Below are positions 1 to 7,923 of a stretch of DNA of 64,000 nt, piece after piece. The stretch covers positions 13,300-77,299 of the forward strand of contig JAJZIM010000004.1 in NCBI GenBank assembly GCA_021810565.1, in the 5' to 3' direction. Within the stretch, counting starts at the first letter, position 1. Each line of letters opens with the position of its first letter. Under the pieces are notes generated by a model that worked only from the letters and a program-made list of their open reading frames with translations, did not search any database and had not been told where the DNA came from. A program made the translations under genes and the position numbers. The stretch comes from Bacillota bacterium (GTDB taxonomy: Bacteria; Bacillota; Sulfobacillia; JAJZIM01).

Positions 1-772
1 CGAGATGCGTCTTGGCCTCTGTGGTGTTTCTGAAACAAAACCGAAGAAGCCAGACAATGCACTCTCCCCCGCCACGCTGGCGTCCATCGTACTGGCAGGC
101 CCGACGTGCAACCTGGCCCTCGGGACCGGCCTCCTCGTTGCTGCTTTTCTCATTCTTTTTGCATCCCAACTGTTCACGGTTTCCCTCTTCTGCCTGGGCG
201 GTGCTTTTGCTGAAGCCATAGTTGCCTTTGCCAACCTTTGGCCCTTCTATGGCCTTGCCAGTTCTCAGCCGCGGCATGATGGGCAGCGGATAGTGTGCGC
301 CGTTTTCCGTCGGTGTTCCGAGGGGCCGCCCGAGGAGATCTACATACTTATCCGGCGCGTTGACTTGATAATGATTGTCGCTGCCCTCGAGTTGCTGCTC
401 GCCACCTGGATCCTTGGCCTTGTGTTTTTCTAACCCAAGAAACATCATCCCCCACGGGGCAGGTAGTCCCCCGCCCTGCACAATGAGGTAAAATTGACGC
501 TCCAACTTCGTCCACGCTTGGCCAAACAAGGCCGCGAACCAACCTGCCACCCCGAAACTCGCTCCCAGCACCCCGCCAACACTGACCAACACCAAGCCAA
601 TCACCCAACCACTGTGGTGGTGTTGAGCAACAATTGCCCCCCAAGCATGCTCCATCCCCACCATCACGGATAGGATAGCCACAACACCGGGCCAAAGAGG
701 ACTCCCACCTTCTACCCCACCCCAACTGCGATACAGCCTGCGCAAGATAAAATGGCTGACGAACTTGTTCAC
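1..772 (-). CDS. hypothetical membrane-anchored protein (3' end runs off the window)
   Basis: Frame is open from a GTG at about 770-772 (GGGGGGTG 5 nt upstream) to the window edge. It is absent from the ORF track because it has no stop in the window. N-terminal TM-like GWVIGLVLVSVGGVLGASFGVAGWFAALFG. Co-oriented with and 84 nt downstream of the T2SSF gene. An in-register antisense ORF (5..433 +) is the alternative. Confidence 0.45.
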   Translation of the reverse strand, partial: MNKFVSHFILRRLYRSWGGVEGGSPLWPGVVAILSVMVGMEHAWGAIVAQHHHSGWVIGLVLVSVGGVLGASFGVAGWFAALFGQAWTKLERQFYLIVQGGGLPAPWGMMFLGLEKHKAKDPGGEQQLEGSDNHYQVNAPDKYVDLLGRPLGTPTENGAHYPLPIMPRLRTGKAIEGPKVGKGNYGFSKSTAQAEEGNREQLGCKKNEKSSNEEAGPEGQVARRACQYDGRQRGGGECIVWLLRFCFRNTTEAKTHL

Positions 773-855
773 AGATTCACCCCCCGAATAAAACGAGCAA
801 AAACCCCCGGATATATGCCCAGAGGTTTTTGCTCGCGGGATCGGAACTCCACCCC

Positions 856-1767
856 CTACGTCCCCTTCAGGATGTACCCCCGAAGCACGAACACCACGAT
901 GATGATCAGCCCACCGTTGATCGCCAGCACCACCTGTCCCCCCACCGTGTCCCGCAACACGGTGAAGAACGACGGCACGAAGATGCGCTCCAGGAGGATC
1001 ACCACCAGCGGGAAGGGCAGAAGGAACATGAACCCGCCCTTCGACGCGGCGGTGGCGATGCGCTTCTGCCGCCGGGCGAAGTCGCGCATGCGCATGGTGT
1101 CCAGCACGGTGTCCACGGCGTCCAGGACCTTGCCGCCCGTCTCCATGTCCATCCGCAGGATGCGGGCGAAGGACCGCAGGTCCCGGTTGCCCGTGTCGCG
1201 GGCGATGTCGGCCACCTCCTGCCACAGGGAGCCCGCGCCGTGCTCATAGTTCGAAAGCGCCCGCTCCATGAACCCCCGCAGGGGATCCCTTGAGTGCTCC
1301 AACACGTACCTGAACGTGTGCACCGCGGAGTCACGGGACGCCCGGGCGGCCTTGTAGCGGCGCAGGAACCCCCGGATCTGGCGGTCCAGCATGGACCGCT
1401 GCACGGCCACCGCCCGCCCGGCGATGATCTCCGGCAGGATCCACATGCCTATCGCCCCCACCCCTCCCATCACCGGGCTGGCCGTTGCGGCCAGCATGAA
1501 CGTGAACCCCCCCAGGGCGAGGAGGACCGACAGCACCCGTGCCCGCAGGAGGGCGTCCTCGGCATTCGGAGCGAGGCCCAGGAGCGCCGCCCAACGGCGG
1601 GCGGGCGCGCTCACCGTGCGCCGCCTGCCGCGCCCCTTGGCGTCGGCGCTCAGGTCCGGATGCCGCGGCGGATGCAGCAGCATATCCTCCAGGCTCCGCC
1701 ACGGCAGCACCGCCATGGTGAAGGTGCCGAGCCCCAGGCCGATGAGCAGCAGACCAATGGCCAACAT
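856..1767 (-). CDS. type II secretion system F-family platform protein (TadB/TadC-like)
   Basis: 303 aa with N-terminal, central and C-terminal TM segments flanking a helical cytoplasmic domain, the typical T2SSF layout. Same operon as the CpaF-like ATPase. Confidence 0.7.
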   Translation of the reverse strand: MLAIGLLLIGLGLGTFTMAVLPWRSLEDMLLHPPRHPDLSADAKGRGRRRTVSAPARRWAALLGLAPNAEDALLRARVLSVLLALGGFTFMLAATASPVMGGVGAIGMWILPEIIAGRAVAVQRSMLDRQIRGFLRRYKAARASRDSAVHTFRYVLEHSRDPLRGFMERALSNYEHGAGSLWQEVADIARDTGNRDLRSFARILRMDMETGGKVLDAVDTVLDTMRMRDFARRQKRIATAASKGGFMFLLPFPLVVILLERIFVPSFFTVLRDTVGGQVVLAINGGLIIIVVFVLRGYILKGT

Positions 1768-1806
1768 TTTCTCGCGGCAGGAGTCCCCCGCCTATATCCG
1801 CCAAGA

Positions 1807-2847
1807 TCAGGCGGCGGGAGGAATGCCGCTTCCCTCCTTCCATGTAAAACCGCTAGCCCGGGCCAGGAGCCTGACATCGGACTGCCGCCATTTGCCCGCC
1901 CGTTTCCCGTTGGCGTCCGCTACGGCTACCAGCGGGGTTCTGTCCGTGGGCAGTCCGCAGACCCAGCCCCGGATTGCCCCCTTCCTGGTGGACACCTCCA
2001 CCCAGTCGCCCTTGCGGAAGAATGTCCCGTTCGTCGTGCCCCCGAAACGCGGACGCCTGCCGCCCTTCTGAAACTCCTGCCGGTGAAGGCTCCTGCGGGC
2101 GAACCGCAGGGCCGTCCACACGTGGAACGGCGGGCTCCCCAGGCCGCACCCCGTCGCCCCCATCAGCATCGCCGCGGCGTCCACCGCCTGCGCCCCGAAC
2201 ACCTGCGGGCGCTTGGGACCGCGGATCTTCTCCAGGCCGAACTCCTCCCGCCATGCCGCCGTCTCCCTGGCCGTCACCAGGGTCAGCGGAGCGAGTTTTC
2301 CCAGTTCCTCATAGGTGAGCTTCTTGCCCACCTCCGCCGTGCTGAAATGCCGGTCGCCCTTGCCGTTGACCGGCTTGTGCCGCACGTCCTCCACGTAGAT
2401 GGCCTGGATCGGGTATACCTTGCACAGTTCCCCTACAGCCTTCAACCGGGCGTTGACCTTGGACGCCTGCGTGGGCGCCAGCCAATACCGTTGGCCATGC
2501 CGCCGGTTGTTGAACCTCGCCGGCCTGCGGGGGCAGTTGCGGAACCGCCTGGCCCTCCGCAATCTGGCCCGCTCCTTGTTCTTCTTGGGAACTCCGATGG
2601 GCAAATTGACCTGACCCGTTACCTCAACCTTGAGGTTGGATGCCGCGGCCACGCCCTCGAACTTCCCACCCGGGTCGAGTGCCAGCGCCATCGGAGGGAC
2701 CTCCATCCGGGTGGGTATGAGTATCTGGATATAAAACAGCCCCAGCTTGTTGCGCCGTGGAACGGCCACCTTGTCCCGGATCATCACCCTGGCGTTGGCC
2801 GGGGTGGTGGGGCCAAGAGGCTTGCCGTCCATCGAAACCACGGGCAC
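1807..2847 (-). CDS. isrB: IsrB-like protein (IscB homologue lacking the HNH domain)
   Basis: PLMP-like N-terminus VPVVSMDGKPLGPTTPANARVMIRDKVA. RuvC-I ALDPGGKFEGVAA. Arg-rich bridge helix RLRRARRFR..RPARFNNRR. RuvC-II IQAIYVEDV. RuvC-III AQAVDAAAM. C-terminal FRKGDWVEV like the IscB copy. No CxxC..H..N..CxxC insert. Start set at GTG 2847 (ATG 2832 also possible). The first ~66 codons of track ORF 1807..3045 are taken as leader RNA. Confidence 0.7.
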   Translation of the reverse strand: MPVVSMDGKPLGPTTPANARVMIRDKVAVPRRNKLGLFYIQILIPTRMEVPPMALALDPGGKFEGVAAASNLKVEVTGQVNLPIGVPKKNKERARLRRARRFRNCPRRPARFNNRRHGQRYWLAPTQASKVNARLKAVGELCKVYPIQAIYVEDVRHKPVNGKGDRHFSTAEVGKKLTYEELGKLAPLTLVTARETAAWREEFGLEKIRGPKRPQVFGAQAVDAAAMLMGATGCGLGSPPFHVWTALRFARRSLHRQEFQKGGRRPRFGGTTNGTFFRKGDWVEVSTRKGAIRGWVCGLPTDRTPLVAVADANGKRAGKWRQSDVRLLARASGFTWKEGSGIPPAA

Positions 2848-3127
2848 TCTCGGTTGTTGCAAAATGGGACACTCCCTTCGCCTCCCCCCGAGCGGGAGGG
2901 TGATTGTCGCCTCGACGCTGCCCAACCGGCTTAGACCCCGAAGGATCATGGCATTCAGCGGTTCTGCCGCAGAGGTCAGGACTGGCGAAATATCCCGACG
3001 TGCTTGTAGCCGGTTGGGGCCGCTGCTCCCCTTGCGGGAAGCCATCTAGTCAGCCTGTTGCCCTTGCCCCCGCCGGGGCAAGCCCCCACCTAAGCTGATG
3101 GCTTCAGGTGGGGGTGGTTGACCAGCA
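2848..3127 (-). ncRNA. putative omega RNA region of the IsrB-like gene
   Basis: ~280 nt directly 5' of the IsrB start with several GC-rich hairpins (for example CTTGCCCC/GGGGCAAG near 3071-3090 and CCCCACCT/AGGTGGGG near 3091-3120). The position matches the known IscB/IsrB architecture. Ends not mapped. Confidence 0.4.
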
Positions 3128-4504
3128 TCACGCATCCACCTCCCGCCGCAGCAACCACTCCGGGATGTCGTACCCGCGCCGGCGCAGCTTGTCCACGATC
3201 CGTTCCGGCAGGACGCCCACCTGCCGGTGCTCGCCCAAAATCTTACCGTCAGGATCCCGCCCGGTACCCTCAAACCGGAACAGGGGCTGGAGCGCCCCCT
3301 CGATCTCCTGGGCGGAGTACACGTCCCTTGCGAGGCAGCTTATGCTCGCCACCTTGCGGCTGTTGTCGGGATAGTAGTAGGCGTGCACGATGACGTCCAC
3401 GGCGGATGTCACCAGGCCGACGGCCTGGTCGAAGGGAATGTTTGTCGCGCCCGTCACCATGATCGCCAGCCGCTTGAGCACCTCCACCGGCCCGTCAGCG
3501 TGCACGGACGTGAGGTTCCCGCCCTGGCCGGACAGCGACGTCTGGACGTAGTCCATCCCCTCCACGTTTTCCCGGGCCTCCCCCTGGATCACCCGGGAGT
3601 ACGATCCCCGCAGGCTGAACACGAAGAGGTCGTGCATCGTCACCGGCTGGGCGCCCTCTCCGAAGACGGCCACCGCCTCCATTTGGTCCAGCCGGTCCCG
3701 GGGGAAGTCTATCTCCAGGGTATCCTCGATGGTGGCCACCATCTCATCCTCGGGTATGCCCCGCCCGATGGCCCGGATCAGGGTCGTCTTGCCGGCGTTC
3801 ATCGGCCCGGTGATGACCACGTTGAGTTTCACCCGCCCGCAATACTCAAGCCAGAACGCCTCGGGCTCCGACATGGCCCCCCAAGCCAGAAGCTGATCCA
3901 CCGTGACGGCCCTCCGTGGATCAGGGGGTTTGCGGATAACCAGCATCGGATGCAGGACGGCTGGCGGTATGGCGGCGGCCACCCGGCTGCCGTCGTCCAG
4001 CTTGACCGTCCTGCAGGGCCGCTCCGTGGTGATGGAGCGGCCGCGATGCTGGAACAGATGGATGATGGTCTGCAGCAACTCCTCCTCATCCGCGAACCAT
4101 GTGTTCTCCGGCTCCTCCTCGTAGCCGCCCTTGCCGTAGCGGACCACAAGGAGCTTGCGTCCCTGGATCACCCGCAGTTCCGTCACCTCGGGGTCGTCCA
4201 GGTACGGTGCCAGGATGGGACCCACCCCCCGGGCGTTGGTCAGGATCTCCTGCCGCAGTTGCGCCTTCGTGTTGAAGGACAGGTCAACTTCCCTGGCCAG
4301 GGCATCGTTGACCACGTGCAGCAGCAGATCGGTGTTCACCTTGTTGCCCAGGTAGATCTCCCGGTGGCGGGCGGAAATGGCGGCGCGCACGCGCATCCGC
4401 GCATCCGCCAGGCTGCCTTCCTTCCCACCCCCGCCATCCTCGGTCATGGTGGTGGCCTTGAGCTGCTTGTCCTTCAGGTAATCGGCCAGGACGAAATCCG
4501 CCAT
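3128..4504 (-). CDS. CpaF/TadA/VirB11-family secretion ATPase
   Basis: Walker A VITGPMNAGKTTLIRAIG, Walker B/Asp box RVIQGEARENVEG, His box SGQGGNLTSVHA. Confidence 0.9.
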   Translation of the reverse strand: MADFVLADYLKDKQLKATTMTEDGGGGKEGSLADARMRVRAAISARHREIYLGNKVNTDLLLHVVNDALAREVDLSFNTKAQLRQEILTNARGVGPILAPYLDDPEVTELRVIQGRKLLVVRYGKGGYEEEPENTWFADEEELLQTIIHLFQHRGRSITTERPCRTVKLDDGSRVAAAIPPAVLHPMLVIRKPPDPRRAVTVDQLLAWGAMSEPEAFWLEYCGRVKLNVVITGPMNAGKTTLIRAIGRGIPEDEMVATIEDTLEIDFPRDRLDQMEAVAVFGEGAQPVTMHDLFVFSLRGSYSRVIQGEARENVEGMDYVQTSLSGQGGNLTSVHADGPVEVLKRLAIMVTGATNIPFDQAVGLVTSAVDVIVHAYYYPDNSRKVASISCLARDVYSAQEIEGALQPLFRFEGTGRDPDGKILGEHRQVGVLPERIVDKLRRRGYDIPEWLLRREVDA

Positions 4505-4510
4505 GCTGTA

Positions 4511-6280
4511 TTAACCCCCCAGCAATTTGTTAATCACCCCGCGCCGCCGCGGGCCGGGAGCATAGTCCTCTCCCGGCAACGCCCTGGGCTCCGGGGGGAG
4601 CGCGGCGGCGTACACGTCCGACAGTAGCTTGTGCCACGGCCCGCGTGGCGGGTCGGACAGGGACAGGGGCCGGCCACCTTGCGTGGCGGTGACGTAGGCC
4701 GTCCGGTCGTCGGGAAACACGGCGGACAGCGGCACTCCGACAACGCGGGACATGTTCATGGGGCTCAGTCCAACGCCGTCCCGGTATCGGGTCACGGCCA
4801 ACAGGCAGCGCTCACGCGGCACCCCGCCGTTCCCCAGGGCGGCCAGGGTACGCTCCAGGTCCCGCAGATCCTTGCTTTCGTTCCCGCACGCCACCACCAC
4901 GGCGTTTGCGTGCTCAAGCGCACCCCACGGCAGCGGGGCGTCCAGGAGGCTGCCGCAATCCGCCACCGTGAGCTGGAACAGGCTCGTCAGGATGCGCACC
5001 ACATGGGACGTGAGCGCCAGCCACGCCCTGTCGTGGGGGCAGCCCACATGCCCATGCTCCATCCCGGTGAGCAGGGCCACCCCCGCCTTGGTATTCACCA
5101 AGGTCTTTCGCACCAACTCCTGGGATGGCGGCTGGCGCAGCCGCAGTTCCAGGTCCTGATGGGCCAGGCACTCGCGCCCAAGGGCCGACAGCGCCCCGTC
5201 GCCCGGGGAGCCGAACTCCAGACTCAGGTCAGAATTCTCACTGTCCAGGTCGATGGCCGCGGTGGAGATGCGCATCCGTGCGCCAAGCGCTGCTAACCCC
5301 GCCGCGATGACCGTCTTCCCGACGCCCCCCTTGGCGCCCACCACGGCCACCAGGCGCGCCGACACCACGCTGCCCGGATCGGGCAGCTTGGTGGGGGGCG
5401 GGGCGAAGTCGGGCTTCCGTCGGCCGCCGCCCAGGATCCGCAGGAGGCCCCCGCGCTTCGGCGGAGGCGGGGGGGCGCCACCGGGACCTCCGACCATCGG
5501 CTCCTGCCCGGGGAACTGGGGGTAGTCCATTCCTCCACCCGGAAGGGGGGTCTCATAGGCCTCGGGCCCCCACGGGTATCCGCCGGGGGCCGGATTGCCG
5601 GTTGGGGGCGGTGGCTGCCGCTCCCACGGACCCGCTGCCGGCTGCGGCGGGACGGCTGTGGGCGCAGGCGCATGCTGCGGTGGACGGGCGGGGGCACCCT
5701 CCGGGGCCTTCGGTGCCGCACTCGGAAGGGGGATCGCCGGCCCGGGGGCGGGGGCATCCCAGGGATTGGGCGAAGTGGCATCGACTGCCGCGGCCATTGG
5801 CGGAATCGTGGGGGGCGGGACAGCATCCGCTCCCGTGTTGACCTTCGCACCCCCCCACTCCCCCCAGGGATCCGCCTCAACGGCCGTAGGAGAAGGCTCC
5901 GGGGGGAACAGTTTCAGCACCGCCTCCTCCACGGCTTCCGGGCGCAGCTGCCCGCCGGGCGGAGGCACGAGCACGTCCGTGATGCCCAGGCTCGCCGCCA
6001 CCTCCACCAGATCCCGCTGTTCGGCCGGGTCCCACACCAGGAGCAGTATCCGCGTCTCGGGAGACCAGTACCGGATGCCCCCGAGCCCAGTCTTCAGGTC
6101 CGGTACCCCGACACCCCGGTACTCGCCGGCGGCGAGGAGCAGATCCGGTTTCAGCACCTGCACGTCCGCCATGATTTCGGCGACGGCGACGCCGGATCCC
6201 TTGACCTCCAAGTCGCCAAACCGATGCCGGAACCATCCCTCCACCTTCGGGTCGTTTATCGCCAGGTATACCGTGCGCAC
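4511..6280 (-). CDS. CpaE/TadZ-like protein: receiver-like N-domain, long Pro-rich linker, MinD/ParA-type ATPase
   Basis: Deviant Walker A VAVVGAKGGVGKTVIAAGLA. About 190 aa of Pro/Gly/Ala-rich linker. Start set at a GTG (RTVYLAIN...) 7 nt after a G-run RBS. The Arg/Gly-rich N-extension of the track ORF was rejected. Confidence 0.7.
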   Translation of the reverse strand: MRTVYLAINDPKVEGWFRHRFGDLEVKGSGVAVAEIMADVQVLKPDLLLAAGEYRGVGVPDLKTGLGGIRYWSPETRILLLVWDPAEQRDLVEVAASLGITDVLVPPPGGQLRPEAVEEAVLKLFPPEPSPTAVEADPWGEWGGAKVNTGADAVPPPTIPPMAAAVDATSPNPWDAPAPGPAIPLPSAAPKAPEGAPARPPQHAPAPTAVPPQPAAGPWERQPPPPTGNPAPGGYPWGPEAYETPLPGGGMDYPQFPGQEPMVGGPGGAPPPPPKRGGLLRILGGGRRKPDFAPPPTKLPDPGSVVSARLVAVVGAKGGVGKTVIAAGLAALGARMRISTAAIDLDSENSDLSLEFGSPGDGALSALGRECLAHQDLELRLRQPPSQELVRKTLVNTKAGVALLTGMEHGHVGCPHDRAWLALTSHVVRILTSLFQLTVADCGSLLDAPLPWGALEHANAVVVACGNESKDLRDLERTLAALGNGGVPRERCLLAVTRYRDGVGLSPMNMSRVVGVPLSAVFPDDRTAYVTATQGGRPLSLSDPPRGPWHKLLSDVYAAALPPEPRALPGEDYAPGPRRRGVINKLLGG

Positions 6281-6282
6281 TT

Positions 6283-7923
6283 TCACATCCCCCCCAAAAT
6301 AGTGCTCAGGGCGACCCAAACCTGTTCCGACCGGGTGGCATAGGGCGTCCCGGTGTCCGCCGCCGCCCGATACCCCAGGGGATCGGCGGGCACCCGCAGC
6401 ACGCGCTCCACCCCCGGAGGAGGAGCAGGGGCGTGCCCCCCCACGTCCTCCCGCAGCAGCGCGATGGGCACGACAGCTGGACGGTGCCGGGCAAGCCACG
6501 TCAGCATTTTTGTGGCCGCCGCATCGGTCGAGGACAGCACCACGATGACCACGTGCGCCGTCAGCAGGCCCGCCACGGCCGCCGGCCCGCCAGGAGGCAG
6601 ATCCAACACCACCACACCGGAATCCCCCGGATCCAACCCGTTCAGGAACGCTTCCCAGACGGCCTGGTCAGCCTCCCCAGGCGGCAGGTCTAAACTCCCC
6701 ACCCGATGGTGGGCCGGACCGCCGACCACCCGGACGCCGTAGGCCTCGTCTCCCGCCTGCACCCCGGGGCGGATCCCCAGGAGCGCCGCCGCGTCGGACC
6801 CGGACAAGTCCAGCAGCAGTGGCCTGCTCTCCCTGATAGCCACGGCGAGGTTCACGGCTACGGTGGTCACACCGGCCCCCCGCACAGGCGCCCAGACGAC
6901 CACTCGGACCGCCGCCAAGGGTGCCCCCGCAGCCTCATCCCACGCTCGGGCCGCCGCCTGCACCTCTCGGGTGCGGTGCGCATCCAGAGCGGGCTGCACC
7001 GCCATGGTGCGCCGCCGGGCTTCCGGCTCGAATTGCCACAGGATCTCATCCCGGACGGCCTCCGAACCGAGCACCTCCACGGCGGCGGCCATGTAGGGCC
7101 CCAGTGCCGTTTGCACGATCCGCGCCGCATGGGCCAAATGAGCCGCCGCCGCCTCCGCCGTGACCACCCGCCGCGCACCCCGCCCGCGCAGCCGCGCCAG
7201 GGCGCTCTGCTGCTGCGCCTCCTCAGCCTTCACGAGCAGCCGAAACAGCAGCGCAGGGGCCATGCAGCGGTCGGACGCCGCCATGGCGGCGAAATGATCC
7301 CGCCGCTGCAGTGCCAGGCGGGCCAGGAGGTCCCGACCGGCGGCTTGGTGCATGGCGGCCATCCGCGTGAGCCGCTCCACCTCTTGGCGGATGTAATGGG
7401 GCCGCACGTCCAGAGTGTACTCCACCGTCACCCCCATGGCGGCGAGGTCCCCGATCACTTGCTCCAGGCGAGCCAGGAGCCGCACCCGCTCCGCCTCGGG
7501 AGCGGAGTGCCACGGCTTGGGGGTGGCGGTAAGCACCATCCCCCACACGTCCCGCTCGTACTCGATGAACGGCCCCCGCAGGGACCGCACCTCCGCCAGT
7601 GCGGAAAGCCCCTTGGCGGCGCGCGCCACGGCCAGGGGATCCGCCTTGACCTCATCGGCGGCTGTCCCGTACCGAAGGCGGCGCCACGTCGTGGCGGGGC
7701 CTCCGAAGGCCACGAACAGGCTCACCAGCACGGCCAGGAGGGCGGCCAGGATGCCATGGGCGTCCAGGCCGAACACCACCAAGGCCCCAAGGCCCAGGAG
7801 CAGCCCGGCGGCAACCCAGGTGACCTGGGTCAGGGTGAGCAGCCCATCGCCCACCGTGATGTCGCTGCGCACGTCCACCGGGAACTCCACCGGTGCCAAC
7901 AGGCTGTTCTCGCGATCTTTCAT
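6283..7923 (-). CDS. membrane protein with PrgI/VirB3-like N-terminus and a degenerate ParA/MinD-like C-domain
   Basis: N-terminal DGLLTLTQVTWVAAGLLLGL followed by 2 TM segments, as in PrgI-family proteins. C-terminal VVVWAPVRGAGVTTVAVNLAVA looks like a P-loop without the Lys. ATGA overlap with the upstream gene. Confidence 0.55.
   Translation of the reverse strand: MKDRENSLLAPVEFPVDVRSDITVGDGLLTLTQVTWVAAGLLLGLGALVVFGLDAHGILAALLAVLVSLFVAFGGPATTWRRLRYGTAADEVKADPLAVARAAKGLSALAEVRSLRGPFIEYERDVWGMVLTATPKPWHSAPEAERVRLLARLEQVIGDLAAMGVTVEYTLDVRPHYIRQEVERLTRMAAMHQAAGRDLLARLALQRRDHFAAMAASDRCMAPALLFRLLVKAEEAQQQSALARLRGRGARRVVTAEAAAAHLAHAARIVQTALGPYMAAAVEVLGSEAVRDEILWQFEPEARRRTMAVQPALDAHRTREVQAAARAWDEAAGAPLAAVRVVVWAPVRGAGVTTVAVNLAVAIRESRPLLLDLSGSDAAALLGIRPGVQAGDEAYGVRVVGGPAHHRVGSLDLPPGEADQAVWEAFLNGLDPGDSGVVVLDLPPGGPAAVAGLLTAHVVIVVLSSTDAAATKMLTWLARHRPAVVPIALLREDVGGHAPAPPPGVERVLRVPADPLGYRAAADTGTPYATRSEQVWVALSTILGGM

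Larger units (their letters stand above)
1770..3127 (-). mobile_element. IsrB-type OMEGA (IS200/IS605-derived, no TnpA) insertion
   Basis: IsrB-like ORF plus ~280 nt of structured non-coding leader, wedged between the stop of the CpaF-like gene (3128) and the start of the T2SSF gene (1767). Exact ends not determined. Confidence 0.5.

Noticed and set aside
5-433. Plus-strand ORF resembling the C-terminus of an M50 (site-2) metalloprotease
   Set aside because: It is the exact in-register antisense of a longer open minus-strand frame that has an RBS and fits the operon. Hydrophobic-looking shadows are expected opposite hydrophilic coding sequence. Kept as an open question in the findings.
1294-2934. 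546-aa plus-strand ORF, and similar long ORFs at 3227..4627, 6706..8265, 8916..10205, 11573..13006, 18689..20908, 21812..23545, 44772..46049, 47905..49380 and 61935..63122
   Set aside because: All lie antisense to, or out of frame with, genes carrying clear catalytic motifs. Their translations are Arg/Pro/Gly/His-rich low-complexity strings without motifs or good RBS. These are classic shadow ORFs of GC-rich DNA.
2848-3045. N-terminal 66 codons of track ORF 1807..3045, and N-terminal 21 codons of 15154..16668
   Set aside because: IscB/IsrB proteins begin with the PLMP-type segment. The extensions overlap hairpin-rich leader sequence that is better explained as omega RNA.
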